DNA of 64,000 nt, taken from positions 8,680,001 through 8,744,000 of the forward strand of contig OX597837.1 of assembly GCA_951406725.2 (NCBI GenBank), given 5' to 3'. Under the pieces are notes generated by a model. The model searched no databases and had not been told where the DNA came from. It saw only the letters and a program-made list of their open reading frames with translations. The stretch is from Octopus vulgaris. Lineage: Eukaryota. Each line of letters starts with the position of its first letter. Within the stretch, counting starts at the first letter, position 1. Of the stretch, positions 40,512 through 54,840 are shown piece after piece. A program made the position numbers and the translations under genes.

Positions 40512-40765
40512 GTTGTAGGATTGCAGTTTCGATTCCCAGACCGGGCGTTGTGAGAGTTTATTGAGCGAAAACACCTAAAGCTCCACGAGACTCCTGCAGG
40601 GGGTGGTGGAGATCCCTGCTGTACTCTTTCGCCACAAATTTCTCTCACTCTTTCTTCTGTTGGCCTGCTCGCTTAGTCAGCGGGGTGGCGTCATTTGAAT
40701 GTTAAAACAATGCGAAGCGCATTTTGACAAGTGATGTGTAGCAACATCTGATAGCCTGGTCGATA
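40512..40765 (+). mobile_element. tRNA-derived SINE (third family), 5' end degraded
   Basis: B-box-like gtttcgattccc followed by agaccgggcg...gagcgaaaacacctaaagctccacg...tttcgccacaaatttctctcactct, shared with 59144-59454. Confidence 0.75.
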
Positions 40766-40782
40766 ATTCGCATCCTTTACAC

Positions 40783-40858
<76 letters not shown>

Positions 40859-41029
40859 GTATGTATATGTATGTATATGTACTCATATATGAGTATATGT
40901 AAATTAGACCACTGCTTCGCAAACTGATATGCCGTACCGGAAGTTATTTTCCAATGTGCCAGAGAGCGGTGATATTTCTTATTAATATTATTTTATACCG
41001 AAAACAAGGTTTGTTTCTTTCCTTCAAAT

Positions 41030-41088
41030 TCGCCGTGGTGCTCCAGCATGGCCGCAGTCAAACAACTGAAACAAGTAAAAGAATAAAA

Positions 41089-41093
<5 letters not shown>
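41030..41093 (+). mobile_element. 3' terminus of a CORE-type SINE
   Basis: ggtgctccagcatggccgcagtcaaacaactgaaacaagtaaaagaataaaagaata. Confidence 0.8.
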
Positions 41094-41126
<33 letters not shown>

Positions 41127-41300
41127 GTACATATATACATCTCTATAGACAAACACACGCGCGCAAACGAGCTCAGCATGCACGCACATACACACACAAT
41201 TGCACGCACAATCACACACGCGCGGACACAAACATACACATGCACTCACACACAAAATACACACACGTATATTCCTTCTTCCGGCTTTCATTTGCCAATC

Positions 41301-41356
<56 letters not shown>

Positions 41357-41359
41357 GTA

Positions 41360-41435
<76 letters not shown>

Positions 41436-41468
41436 TATACATATACATATATATATGTATATATATGG

Positions 41469-41535
<67 letters not shown>

Positions 41536-42071
41536 TATATATATGGTTTTGGTAGAAATGTAAAAAATATAACAATATCAACACGTACTCAAATGTAAAA
41601 CACTACATATAAATCATATTAGAAACCAATGAAATAATGAATGAATATGAAAAAATACAAATAGAAGATAATGATCAAATAATTGAATAATACGTAGTAT
41701 AAATATACAAATATAGTTCGGTAATGTGAGAAGATAACAAAAATATAAGGCAGAAAATATATAATACCGAAATAAATTATATAAATGTAAAAATAATTAA
41801 GTAAACATAATATATATGTATACCTATATTTATGTATGCGTATATATCCTTGCTAAGCGATGCAAATTCGCACATGTATACACACACATATATATACATA
41901 CATACACACAGACACACTTATGCAATTATATGAAATGGAACAAATATGAGTGAATAACCTCGATCTTGTAAATCAGGAATAAAATATGCTGTGCCATACT
42001 AAGACATCTGTGTATATACATGTGTATACACACATACATACAGCTATGCATATACATACATACATACTTAC

Positions 42072-42104
<33 letters not shown>

Positions 42105-42165
42105 TATATAAGTATATGCATGTATATGTATGTATATGAATATCTCTACCTACCTATCTATCTAT

Positions 42166-42220
<55 letters not shown>

Positions 42221-42281
42221 GTCTATCTCTCTACCTATCTATCTATCGATCGATTGATCTATCTGTCTGTCTATCTGTCTG

Positions 42282-42372
<91 letters not shown>

Positions 42373-42530
42373 CTCTATCTATCTATCTATGCTATCTGTC
42401 TATCCATCTGTCTATCTGTCTGTCTATCTGTCTGTCTACCTATCTATCTATCTGTCTGTTTGTATGTACGTACGTATGTATGTATGTATGTATATAAATA
42501 TATATATATATATACATGTATATATATATG

Positions 42531-42567
<37 letters not shown>

Positions 42568-43635
42568 GTAGGTATGTATGTATGTATGTATATCTACCTA
42601 TACAGTGAGATGGAGACTGACAAACAGACAAAATATGAAAGCGAAAAACACAGAAATTTATGCGATGTAAACCTAATGAACCAGAAAACAAGTGACGACG
42701 TACAATTAAATATATTGCATACTTTCCCCGAGGCGAGGCTGTACATGTGTAAGTCGAACGAGAGAAAATTAGAAAAAACTTAAAAACAGATATATATATA
42801 TATATAGCCTCAGCATCCACCACACACGTTTACTACAATTTTATTCTCTACGGGTAAATCATCTTCCAAGATTTCATTAGTGTTTCACATTTTCATTAAT
42901 GAGTAATACTCCAGATGAGTTGCTGAATAGAAAAAACCGAAAATGGATTTTTCACTAGTAGGAAGATGAATATTTTTTATTGTTACATTTTTAGTTTTCT
43001 AATTTGTTTTTTGTTTTTTTTTTCGTAATATTTTGTAAAGTTTATTTCCATCCGAGAGTTTCTGAGATCTCCATAGTAAGAAACTCCAGAGAAAGCTCAA
43101 CAGCTTCAGAACACCTCACCACCCTGTCGTTCAAGCGTTTCGGCTGTATACACCTTACATTCTAAGATGGATAGGATGTATTTAATACTTGACTTCCGTA
43201 TACCTCTCAGATCCCACATACTGTTCTATTGTCTGCCTTGGCATCTGTTCCTTCTTGGATGTTAATGTAACCCAAGGCCAAAGTCCCTTCTGTATTATAA
43301 ACAGTTAGGTCTTAGACTGTAGTTGACTATTAAGTTCCTGGCTTTGGGAAAAGGAAAATACAGGAGGATCAGTTAATTATGACTTCATTCAACATATTCC
43401 TCTCTCAAATTGACACACTTGTTGCAGAGGTCCTTCAGTTTCTCTAAGCTCTATTATTAATAATATTATTATTGTTCAATTAAATAGAGCCGCTTGAAAC
43501 AGTGGTACTGCATCACTTCTGGATATCCTGTTGCTTATTTTGATTTTATTCACCTTGGTGAACAGCACTAATTTTTGGTGCTTCAACTCAAGTACCTAAT
43601 TAATCTGAATCTCATATATATATACATATATATAT

Positions 43636-43725
<90 letters not shown>

Positions 43726-43838
43726 GTATATATACACACACACATTGGTTACTGCACAGTTATGCGATAATACACTTGGTGGTGCAACACAGTAGGATTG
43801 GATTTAAATCCACGTGACTGCAATGTAAGCATCTTAAC

Positions 43839-43877
<39 letters not shown>

Positions 43878-44003
43878 GTGTGTGTGAGTGTGTGTACGTA
43901 TTATCTTTCAATCAGAAAAGAATGAACGCCAAAGATGAGCACAATGAAAGTTCAACCTGCTGCGGGGTACGTCTACACCAGTAATGCAATATTTTCTGTT
44001 CGA

Positions 44004-44157
44004 AAGGCAGCGAGCTGCGAATTCCGCCGAGGTCGACATTCCCTTTCATCATTTGGCGGTTGATAATTCAAGTACCATTTGCATACAGGGGTCGATCTAA
44101 TCGACTAGGCCCCTCCCCCAAAATTTCGGACCTCGTGCCTAAAATAGAAAAGATTAT
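44004..44157 (+). mobile_element. Meta-domain-like SINE with internal deletion
   Basis: aaggcagcgagctg joined to aattccgccgaggtcgac...aagtacca...gtgcctaaaatagaaaagattat. Confidence 0.85.
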
Positions 44158-44166
44158 TCTCTGTTC

Positions 44167-44598
44167 GGATCTTTTCGGTTTGAACGGCAGTTTTTTATAT
44201 AATTTCTAGGTAACTAAAAAATTTTAAACTTCGTATACTAGTAGAATGTGTTTATAAAACAACTTTTCTCTTGGCTTTATTGAGAAAATTCTATAGTTTG
44301 TAAGATATTTGTTGTTTTTTTCTTCAATTTCTGCAATTTCAACCAATCAATGACTGTCTATTGAGGTGAAAACAATCTGTGCCGTATGAATATGTCCCTC
44401 GTTTAAGAAACAGATTGGGTTTATTTACATTTCTGAAGAAAAAAAAATACCCTTCCACCACCCCTAACCCTAACCCTAACTCTAACCCTAACCCTAAAAT
44501 AGATTGAAATGCAATAGATCGATACTAGGGTCATAATTATGAGTGACAATTTCATATGACACCGCTAGGAAAAACTGGCGTTCAAACAGAAAAGATCC
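44167..44598. mobile_element. 432-bp MITE with 28-bp TIRs and 8-bp TSD (Merlin-like or hAT-like)
   Basis: TIRs ggatcttttcggtttgaacggcagtttt / aaaactggcgttcaaacagaaaagatcc (2 mismatches); TSD ctctgttc at 44159-66 and 44599-606. Confidence 0.9.
44462..44497. repeat. Interstitial telomeric repeat (CCCTAA)6 inside the MITE
   Basis: Five CCCTAA and one CTCTAA. Confidence 0.9.
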
Positions 44599-45253
44599 CT
44601 CTGTTCGACGCTCGATCATGTCCACCAAACACTTCATTAAGTTTCTCGTAGTTAAAATACCTAGAATTGATTCAGCAAGTATAATCACTCGTCTTCTAAA
44701 CTTATAGAGAAGCCACCCACAGGTCTTCCTGATATTTCGGAAGTGGAAGGACAGCGTAAATATTGTAGTCCTACAAAGACTCTGTCATAATGAAAGAAAT
44801 GGCATAAAAGGACAGGATGATCAATGATGGAATGCCTTCGTCATTAAATTTACGAGATCGAGGTGAACTGGGGGCGCAACGACAACACAGTAGGAACGAA
44901 GTGAAGCCTTAATTTCAAATGATTGAATATATTGTACATCACCGAATATATGAATGCGAGCAAATAGTCACAAACAAAAGCCAATTCATATATAAACGTG
45001 GATATGTTCCTGCATTCCTGAATGTATATGCAATGCACTGGTATGTATATATGCATACAAACACACACAAATACGTAAACATATACATGCATACAAACAC
45101 AAACGCATGCACGTGTGTGAATGTATGTATTATATGAGTATGTAAGTATGTTTGCATCTATTTATACATATACATATATATATATACATATATGGAGATA
45201 GATAGATAGATAGTTATATAGAAATATAGATTTAGATATATAATGCATGTATG

Positions 45254-45298
<45 letters not shown>

Positions 45299-45973
45299 GT
45301 ATATATATTTATGCATGTATATTTATATATATATATCCTTGTGTGTATGTATATGTACTGAAATTTATATACCTATACATATATAGGAATGAGAACATTC
45401 AGAAACATATGCATGCGTATATATGTGTGGGGGTGTATTATTGTCTATGTAGGTGTGTGTGTGTGTGTGTTTCTGTTCATGGTTCTGTGTATTCAGGAAC
45501 AAATTCCGCAAGGACATTTTTCTCATTGGACTCTTTTCTATGTTTCTCAATACACCCCTTCTTTCTTTCTTTCTTTCTTTCTTTCTCTCCGTTCCTCTTT
45601 TCCTTCTCCCCCTTACACCACCTCAGCCATCCCAACCACCACCTCGTCCACCGCCAGCACCACACAGCAGCTTTTTCCGCCATTATTTTGTATGAACATC
45701 CTTTTCATTATCTGATATAATTCAGGAATAATCTAAAAAATTACAAACATACAAAAAAAAAAAAAATAAATAAAACAAAGCAAACAGACAAAACAAAGAA
45801 CAAAGCAAGGAAAAAAAACGTAAAGAAATCCAAAGAATATTTACAATAAAATATTTATTGACTTCCGAGTAAGTTGCCATATTTTTGTGTCTTTGAATAA
45901 AAGACAATCCGATCATTGTTTGTTTACTTCGGCACGAATTGTTTTAATTCAATTTAAAAATTTATAGTATTAC

Positions 45974-46055
<82 letters not shown>

Positions 46056-47779
46056 TCTGCCTTTCTTTTCATATGGATACTTGAATTAGTTCTCTGCTTA
46101 TATTTCCGCATACAACAACAGAAGAACCGCTACGAAACAGTGAGACCTAGAACAATAAAAGAACAACAGTTGCAACACCAATATCAACAATACTTACGAC
46201 AATAACACGTCACACATACGTACACACCCACACACAAAAAAAGATTTAAAAAAAACAGAAAATAATAATATTGTACAAATTGAATTGTAAAAGTTCCCTT
46301 CAATTTTCTATATCTTTCAAATTGCTATTTATTAACCCTTATTCAATATTTATTTGAATTTCTTAAACGGTGAATTCGATATTGCATAAAACTTCGTGTC
46401 ATTCATCATTAATATTTTTCTCTTTACTTAATATATTGTTCCACGTTGTGTAACTTAGAAAACTTTGGTGGTTTTGTTGGGCTTCAATTATTTTATTTTC
46501 TTTCTTTTTTTTTTTGATCGTATTAAATTTTTTGAATTGTTTTATTTTGTTCCAAAAATGGTATTTACGAATTACATGAACAGAATAAATATTGTATGAA
46601 TAGGCAAATGAAATATGAAGACAGTGGTTGATTGTCAGAATTATTTGTGTTTCGGATAAAATGTCTCACGGTAATTATGCATTTGTTTCCAGTTCATAAC
46701 ATTCTGGGTTCAAATCCTGTCGAAGTCAAACAAGTAGACAGTCCAGAAGAGTTGCAGGAGATTCCGAAGTTGTATGGAGGCCGTGGTTGAAGCCAATGGT
46801 GAGTTTATTGAATAGATTTACTCTTTACTCTTTATTTTTAACGTAATTTTAGTAAATATATCTTTTAAAATGTGATGTCAGTGTCATTTTCATTTTTGCG
46901 TAATTTAGACGGCAGTTCACTCACTGCACCCAGTATGTATGTATGTATGTACGTATGTATGTATGTATGTATGCATGTATGTATGTATCTATGTATGTAT
47001 GTATGTATGTATGTATGTATGTATGTATGTATGTATGTATGTATGCCTGTATGTATGTATGTATGTATGTATGTATGCATGCATATATGTATGTATGTAT
47101 GTATGAATGTAAGCATGAATGATTGTATGTATGTATGCATGCATGTATGTATGTAAGCATGTGTGTAGATATGTAGGTATGTATGTTTGTATGTATGTTT
47201 GCATGCATGCATGCATGTATGCATGTATGTATATATGTATGCACGTATGTATGTATGTATGTATGCCTGTATGTATGTACGTATGTATATATGTATGCAC
47301 GTATGTATGTATGTATACATGTATGTATGTATGTATGTATGTATGTATGCCTGTATGTATGTAGCTATGTATGTATGTATGCATGCATGTATGTATGTAG
47401 GTAGGTATGTATGTATGCATGTATGTGTGTATGTATGCATGTATGTATGCATGTATGCATGTATGTATGTATGTATGTATGTATGCATGTATGTATGCAT
47501 GTATGCATGTATGCATGTATGTATGTATGCATGTATGTATGCATGTATGTTTGTATGTATGTATGCATGCATGCATGTATGTATGTACGTATGTAATCAT
47601 GTATGTAGATATGAAGGTATGTATGTTTGTAAGTATGTATGTATGCATGTATGCATGTATGTATGCATGCATATATGTATGTATGTATGAATGTAAGCAT
47701 GTATGTATGCATGTATGTATACATGTATGTTTGCATGCATGTATGTATGTATGTAAGCATGTGTGTAGATATGTAGGTA

Positions 47780-49070
47780 CCAGGGACGTTTAATAAGTAA
47801 TGCCTCTGACCCACTTGCAGTTGTTTGATCTAGCTGAAAATTTGCATGTGCAATTATTTATATCTCTATAGAGTAAGTGGCAAATTACAGCTCTGAACTA
47901 ATTGTGGTGTCTGATTTACAGGTGTTTGAACCGAGTCAAGTGTGAAATGGAGCCTGTTGAGTGTCGAACAGTGATCTGGTTTTTGTATTTGAAATGACGC
48001 ACACCACGGGAGACTTTTGATGAAATGAAAGTAACTTATGGTGATGATGCCCCATCATATGACCTTGTAAAACGCTGGCATCGTGAATTCAAACATGGTC
48101 GGAACTCTGTGGAAACAGTTCCCAGATCTGGTCGCCCCCTTCTGCCATTGATGAGGCATCTGTCCGTCAAGTTGAGGCTGCCATTTTGGAAGATCGACGC
48201 ATAATTATTCGCCAAATAGCCCATGAGGTCAAGATTAGTACCGGATCTGTGGAAGCTATCATTCATGACCATTCGCATATGCAAAAGGTGTCTGCCAGAT
48301 GGATTCCCAGGTTGCTCACGCCTTTCCAGAAGCAAGAACGCGTCGAGTGCTCGAGGGTGAATTTGGAGATGTGGCAAGAAGATGAGTCAAAATTTTTCAA
48401 AAGACTGATTACAAAGGATGAAACCTGGGTCCATCACGATGATCCAGAGACCAAAGCCCAGTCAATGCAGTGAAAGCACCGTGACTCACCTCCTCCAAAG
48501 AAGGCAAGGGTGCAGCCTTCCGCTGACAAGGTTATGCTCACAGTCTTCTGGGACCAGGACGGAGTAGTGATGACAGATTTCCTGGCAAAGGGTACCACAT
48601 TTGCAGGAGCCTATTATGCTTCACTTTTGAGGAAATTAAGAGAAGTTATCAAAATCAAGAGGCGGGGCAAGATCAGCAAATGCATCCTCCTCCTGCAGGA
48701 CAACGCTCCGGTCCACAACTCGCTTGTCGCCAGATCAGAAGCACAGGCGTATGGCTATGAACTCCTCCCCATCTCCCCTACTTTCCTGACCTTGCACCCT
48801 CTGATTTTCACCTCTTCCCAATCATGAAGTTGTTTTTGAAAGGAAAGTGTTTCCCAGATGATGCAGCCTTGATTTCTGAAGTCACGTTGAGGTTGGAGGA
48901 CCAAGCTGGGTTCTTCTACAAAAACGGTCTCCAGAGCCGCATCAAACGATGGGAGAAATGCGTAACTCTGGGTGGTTCCTATGTAGAAAAATACTAATAA
49001 CTGTGCCAAGTTTCGTTGCTCAACTGCTATGGGAAGTGGGTCAGGGCCATTAGTGATTGAACGCCCCTCG
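47780..49070 (+). mobile_element. Mariner transposon, 1291 bp, defective, same family as 23786-25042
   Basis: TIRs ccagggacgtttaataagtaatg.../...cattagtgattgaacgcccctcg, TA TSD at 47778-79 and 49071-72. Confidence 0.97.
47947..48997 (+). pseudogene. Mariner transposase pseudogene
   Basis: WIPRLLT, ITKDETWVH, LLQDNAPVH, PYFPDLAPSDFHLF, RWEKCVTLGGSYVEKY*; stops and two frameshifts. Confidence 0.95.
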
Positions 49071-49160
49071 TAGGTATGTTTGTATGTATGTATGCATGCA
49101 TGCATGCATGTATGTATGCATGTATGTATGTATGTATGTATGTATGTACGTGTATGTATG

Positions 49161-49193
<33 letters not shown>

Positions 49194-49469
49194 GTATATA
49201 AAGAGATAGAGGCATAGACATATATTATGATTGTGGCCCGACAAAGAACTAATTTCTACAATAAATTTTATAATCTTTTTTGCTATAAACGTATTGCATT
49301 TCCATTGAGTTAGGGGAAAGCTTCGTTTAAATCAACCGTACTAAAGGTGATTGGTTACCCCAAAAACATTGTAGAAAGTACAAGTAGAAGATTGATACTT
49401 AAATTGAAGCTAGGTTCGTAAGAATAGGAATTCGTAAGAACACAAGCTCGCATACAAATATCTCATCAT

Positions 49470-49866
49470 CATAGCCGTCGGCGTCATCGATGTCGTCGTG
49501 GTCGTCGTCGTCGTTGTTGTCACTGACATCGTCTTCCATCATATCCCTCCTGCCTCTTCTTCTCCTTCTCCGTATTATTCTCTTCGACCGCGCGTCATCG
49601 TCATCATCGTCGTCTAAGTCGTCTTCGTCACCACCGATATCACCATCATCATCATGGTCACCATCGACATCGTCTCCGTCGTCTTCGTCGTCAATCATCA
49701 TCATCATCATCATCATCATACTCATCATCATTATCATCACCACAATCATCATTATCATCACCAGAATCATCACCATCGTCATCGTCATCATCATCATCAT
49801 CCTCATCATCACATCATCACCATATCACTATCATCATCATCATCATCAACATAATCATCACCATCG

Positions 49867-49905
<39 letters not shown>

Positions 49906-49948
49906 CCATCACTATCATCATCATCATCATCATCAACATAATCATCAC

Positions 49949-49998
<50 letters not shown>

Positions 49999-50270
49999 CA
50001 TCATCATCATCATCATCATCATCATTATCATCACCACCATCATCATTTTCATCATCATCATCATCATCACCAACACCACCACCACCACCAGCATCATCAT
50101 CGTCATCATCATTATCATCATCATCATCACCACCACCACCACCACCATCATCGTCATCATCATTATCATCATCATTGTCATCATCATTATCATCATCATC
50201 ATCACCACCACCACTACCACCATCATCATCACGATCATGATCATGATCATCATCATCATCGTCATCATCG
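49470..50270. repeat. (CAT/CGT/CAC)n degenerate trinucleotide array
   Basis: Directly visible. Confidence 0.95.
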
Positions 50271-50629
50271 ACAAAAAACCAACGCCAACACCGCTACCAC
50301 TAAGCTATTATTTATCAAGCTTCACTAGAGCTCCAGTCTCTAAACGTTATCTGCAGCCTGTTTGTTTATTTAGTCAATTAATTAAATTCCAAATGTTGCA
50401 GGACATTTATTACTAAAAGAAAAACAAACAAATAAATAAGTAACTACTAAATAAACAGTAAATACAAAAAAACTAAAATTTAAACAAAAATGTCGAAATA
50501 AATCACCCTACACCCTTCTCGTTCTTGCTGATCAATAAACCGAGGGAGTTATTAAACTTATAAGACGCTGCATAATTACTAGTTTTCCCTGAGTATTGAA
50601 CATGATTGCTTATTTCTACCAGAGAATCT

Positions 50630-51328
50630 GAGTAGGATGACCAGACATGTACTGACCTCAGAAGAACTTTTTCCTATCTTTATTAGGGTTTTTCAGATAT
50701 TTGGTTATTCAATGGGACTTCCTTGTTTAAGACGGTAGGCCGTGTTTGAGAGAAATTTTAGTACTATGTCTAGTTGCTGTTTGTATTATAAGGATATAAG
50801 GAAAATTATACGTTGTCTCGTGTCTTGCAATATCTACACAAGTGGAAGGGTTAGCACATTCCAACTTCCCAATCATTGGTAACGGAGTACTGTGTTATGG
50901 TATTTTTTATCTCGTTCCTCATGTCATTGTGGTTCTTTAGAGTTAGATATATCTTGACCTAACAAGCCTTTTAATTAGAGTAGGATGACCAGACACGTAC
51001 TGACCTGAGAAGAGTTTTTCCAGTCTTTATTTGAGTTTTTCAGATATTAGAGTTTTCAGATATCCAATGGGATTTCCTTGCTTAAGACGGTAGGCCGTGT
51101 TTGAAAGACATTTTAGTACTATTTCTAGCTGCTGTTTCCATTATAAGGATATCAGGAAAATTATACGTTGTCTCGTGTCTTGCAATATCTACAAAAATGG
51201 AAGGGTAACACATATCAACTTCCAAATCATAGGTAACGGAGTACTGTGTTATGGTATTTTTATCTCGTTCCTCATGTCATTATGGTTCTTTAGAGTTAGA
51301 TATATCTTGATCTGATAAGACTTTAATA
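50630..51328. repeat. Head-to-tail tandem duplication, period 348 bp
   Basis: gagtaggatgaccagaca...gagttagatatatcttga starts at 50630 and again at 50978. Confidence 0.92.
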
Positions 51329-52150
51329 ATTTTTTCTAATCTGTACGGATATCACGCGTTACATTTTTACATTATTCAATTCGATATCCCAGTTTAAGAT
51401 GGTGACTTGAGAGATATTGACTGCCATTTCCAGCAGTTTTGTCCAACATACGGAGACTTCTTCATTGTCTCATATTCTGAAACGTCTACACAAGACAAAC
51501 AGGTAGTGCATACCATCTTTGCAGCCGTCTGTAACGGAATGGCATACAGTGGCATATATTTCTTTTAAATGGCCTATGACCGTAAAGAAGGAAAAATCAA
51601 AATAGACATCTTTTGATCACAGAACTGCTTGGTTAGGCTTACCTGCGGCTAAATAGCAGCTACAGCTACAAAGATCACTTCGAAACTATTGGCCTTTGTC
51701 GCCTCAGTCTAGCAATATCTTCTAAAACTTAATCGGTTTTGTATATTGCAGAATGATATACTACAAGACATATGATATATATTTCGTATCATAATACTTA
51801 TTGGACAACTGTCACTGTAATATATATGCATATATATATATATACATACATATGCATATATATATATGTATGTATGTATGCATATGAATATTTATTTACG
51901 CGTCAAGGTGCAATATATAAAGAAAAGATAAAACACACCCAAACACATAAAACTATAAATTTTCTTCTCAATTATAATTTCTCAATTGTAATTCTAACAT
52001 AAAAAGCAATTAAAAACAGAAAATAGCGAAAATAAATTAATAAACAAAACAAAAGAGATTAATATGAATCACCAAATAATAAAAGTAGATCTTAAACAAA
52101 ACACACAACCATACATTGATTACACACACACACATATGTATATATATATA

Positions 52151-52210
<60 letters not shown>

Positions 52211-52460
52211 TATGTATGTATGTATGTATTTATATTTACACACACTGCCACAAGTACACACACATAGAACTTTCAGAGTATTAGGCATAAAAGTTCGGAT
52301 ATAAATGGAATATAATATTCTTTGTAAAGAATTATCTAATTTCGCTACTTCATATTAATTCGTTTCGATAGTCTTTGATGTTTAAGATGGTGGAATTAAA
52401 AGAAAAACATATCAACAACATCAACAAAATGCTAACAACAAATTAAAAAAGGAAAAGAAT

Positions 52461-52589
<129 letters not shown>

Positions 52590-53265
52590 TTGTCTCCGAA
52601 AATAGAAGAGTTTAAAGACGAAAGCATTACAAAGTAATTGATTGAGAACAAAAGAAAAAAAATATTTGCGTAAATGAAAAAAAAGACAAAATCACGCAAG
52701 TAAACAAAACTAACAGGAAGAAGGAGAAAATAGAAAGTTTTGGAAAGAATTTGGAAGAGGATTTTTGCGGAGAAACTTTTGAGGTGTGATCCTGTTGTTT
52801 TCTCTTTAAATTATCTCTCAGATTCGTTCGTTTAACACAATAGTGTACTAACATCAAAGACAATCAAATTACGAAAAAATAAATCGACGAAAAACTGCAC
52901 TTCTTTTTCTTTTCATTATTTTTATTATTGTTATTGTTGTTATTATTGTTGTTGTTGTCGTCGTCGTTTTACAAAGTATTTTACGAAGATTTTTTTTTAA
53001 AATTAATATTTTCTTTCTGTTTTCTTTCTTGGAGTTACTCATCGTGAATTATTGAGCTCAATTCGTTCCCATGACACACTCACACACACACGCAAACATA
53101 CGCACAGACATATGCGCGCGCAGGCAGGGGAAAAAGGAAAGACATATTTTAAACAACAAAGAAATAAATTAAGAATACACTCTGCCCGGTGTGATGCAAT
53201 TTCTGAGTTTTTAATCAGTGTCGCTTGCACTTTAAGGAAATCTGTAAAACGTGTTGCAATCTATA

Positions 53266-53311
<46 letters not shown>

Positions 53312-53319
<8 letters not shown>

Positions 53320-53485
53320 ATGTTACATTACTCGGTAGTCAAGATAAAACTCTGAGTTTCAGATGCCGAAGTGGAAATCCACAACACCATCTCTTCGACC
53401 GCAGAGATGGTGTTGTGGATTTCCACTTCGGCATCTGAAACTCAGAGTTTTATCTTGACTACCGAGTAATGTAACATATTGTATA
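53312..53485. repeat. Perfect palindrome, 83-bp arms with an 8-nt loop
   Basis: 53312-53394 is the exact reverse complement of 53403-53485; loop tcgaccgc. Confidence 0.97.
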
Positions 53486-53551
53486 GATAAATTTCCTCTA
53501 TTTACATAATATTGAGGTCTCTTTCTTTCTTTTGTTATCTTACCGTTTTAT

Positions 53552-53597
<46 letters not shown>

Positions 53598-53599
<2 letters not shown>

Positions 53600-53777
53600 C
53601 CATGATAGACCGTTAGTCACTACACACATTTCTGTCTCTCCTTGTTTCTTTCTGTGGAAGAGCGTAGGCTCAAAACGTAAAAGACTTTTTTCTATTCCTG
53701 AGCGTTATACTAATACAACTGGTTGTTTTGTACAGCATCTGTCTTCGTCTTTTGTTTTTTTCGTAAACTCTCCCTAT
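53598..53777 (+). mobile_element. TA-flanked Penelope-like repeat
   Basis: tttCTGTGGAagagcgtaggctcAAAACGTAaaagac...; matches the copies at 37397 and 63186. Confidence 0.8.
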
Positions 53778-54239
53778 ATATATATAAAGTATTAGTAACA
53801 AGCAACCAGTCATGAGATCCGTTTTGTCAAAGATTGTTAATGTTCTTATAATCTAGAAATATTCATAAAGTTTACAAATATTTTGAGTTTAAATGTGGCA
53901 TTTAATAGAATTAATGGAGGTAAATTATTTTTATCATTTGTAGTAGGTACAGAAGTAGTAGAACGAAGCACTGGTGAGGAAAAAATACATTTTATGTTGG
54001 TTCAAATGTTTTTATGACATATTTTAACTCTGAAAGACACGTGTCTTATTTATTTATTTATGTATTTATTTATTTATTTATTTAAGGCATTGTGTTTATT
54101 TATATTCAAGGCGGTCACACCATCTATGGATTTTACAATGCCAAATTGCTGGGCCATTTACGAAGGCTATCAAGATCAAATGCCCAGGAAAACTTAAGAA
54201 AAGTGTTTCGTTTCCTCAGAAATGTTTGCTAGAACATGT

Positions 54240-54550
54240 TCTAGCAAACATGTACTTAGTTTAATGGCTGTTTGCATGACTGTAACCAATCTGTTTGATG
54301 TCTCTCTCTATTCTCCTAATATGGCTGCATCTGTCTATCATCTGTTACTCAATTGGAAACTGTCTTGCAGTGATAATGGCGTTATATCTGTTGTTGATGA
54401 CATTTTCGACCAACAGGGTGAACGTTTCTACACAAATCGGATGCAAATACTACAACACAAATAGAAAAAAAGGGGTCTATGATGAAACACAAACTTCGTT
54501 TGTTCACGTTCCATGAGAGTAACTTGGTCAGGTTATAATCACCTCAGACA
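54240..54550 (+). pseudogene. Old mariner transposase C-terminal remnant (second family)
   Basis: LYSPNMAASVYHL resembles YSPDLAPSDYHL, then VISVVDDIFDQQGERFYTNRMQILQHK*. Confidence 0.7.
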
Positions 54551-54840
54551 ACAGTCATAATGGTTGATAGCACATTGAATCTCAAAGATTGTCCCGTCCT
54601 ACCAATAAATTCACAGTTTTTATTTCTTTATGGCTATATTCCATTGGAAATACTGTGACGAAGGGAGATAATTCGATACAACAAAACAGTGGTAACCCCG
54701 ACTAAATATCCTCCTTTCTTCTTCATTCGTCTCGTTTACCGCAATATGTAGCCATATTTTAACTGATAAGAAATGAACGGCCGTCAAGTTTGAACTATAT
54801 GGGATTGTAAACTGGCGATGAAACTTCAGCAACAATCTGG

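Larger units (their letters stand above)
46933..49190. repeat. Degenerate (TATG/CATG)n array interrupted by a mariner
   Basis: Array runs 46933-47779 and resumes at 49071. Confidence 0.95.

Noticed and set aside
44462-44497. True telomere or chromosome fusion site
   Set aside because: Only six units, internal to a TIR-bounded MITE
49490-50416. 308-aa Ser/Ile/His-rich ORF, the longest in the track
   Set aside because: Almost entirely a CAT/CGT array, open in several frames on both strands
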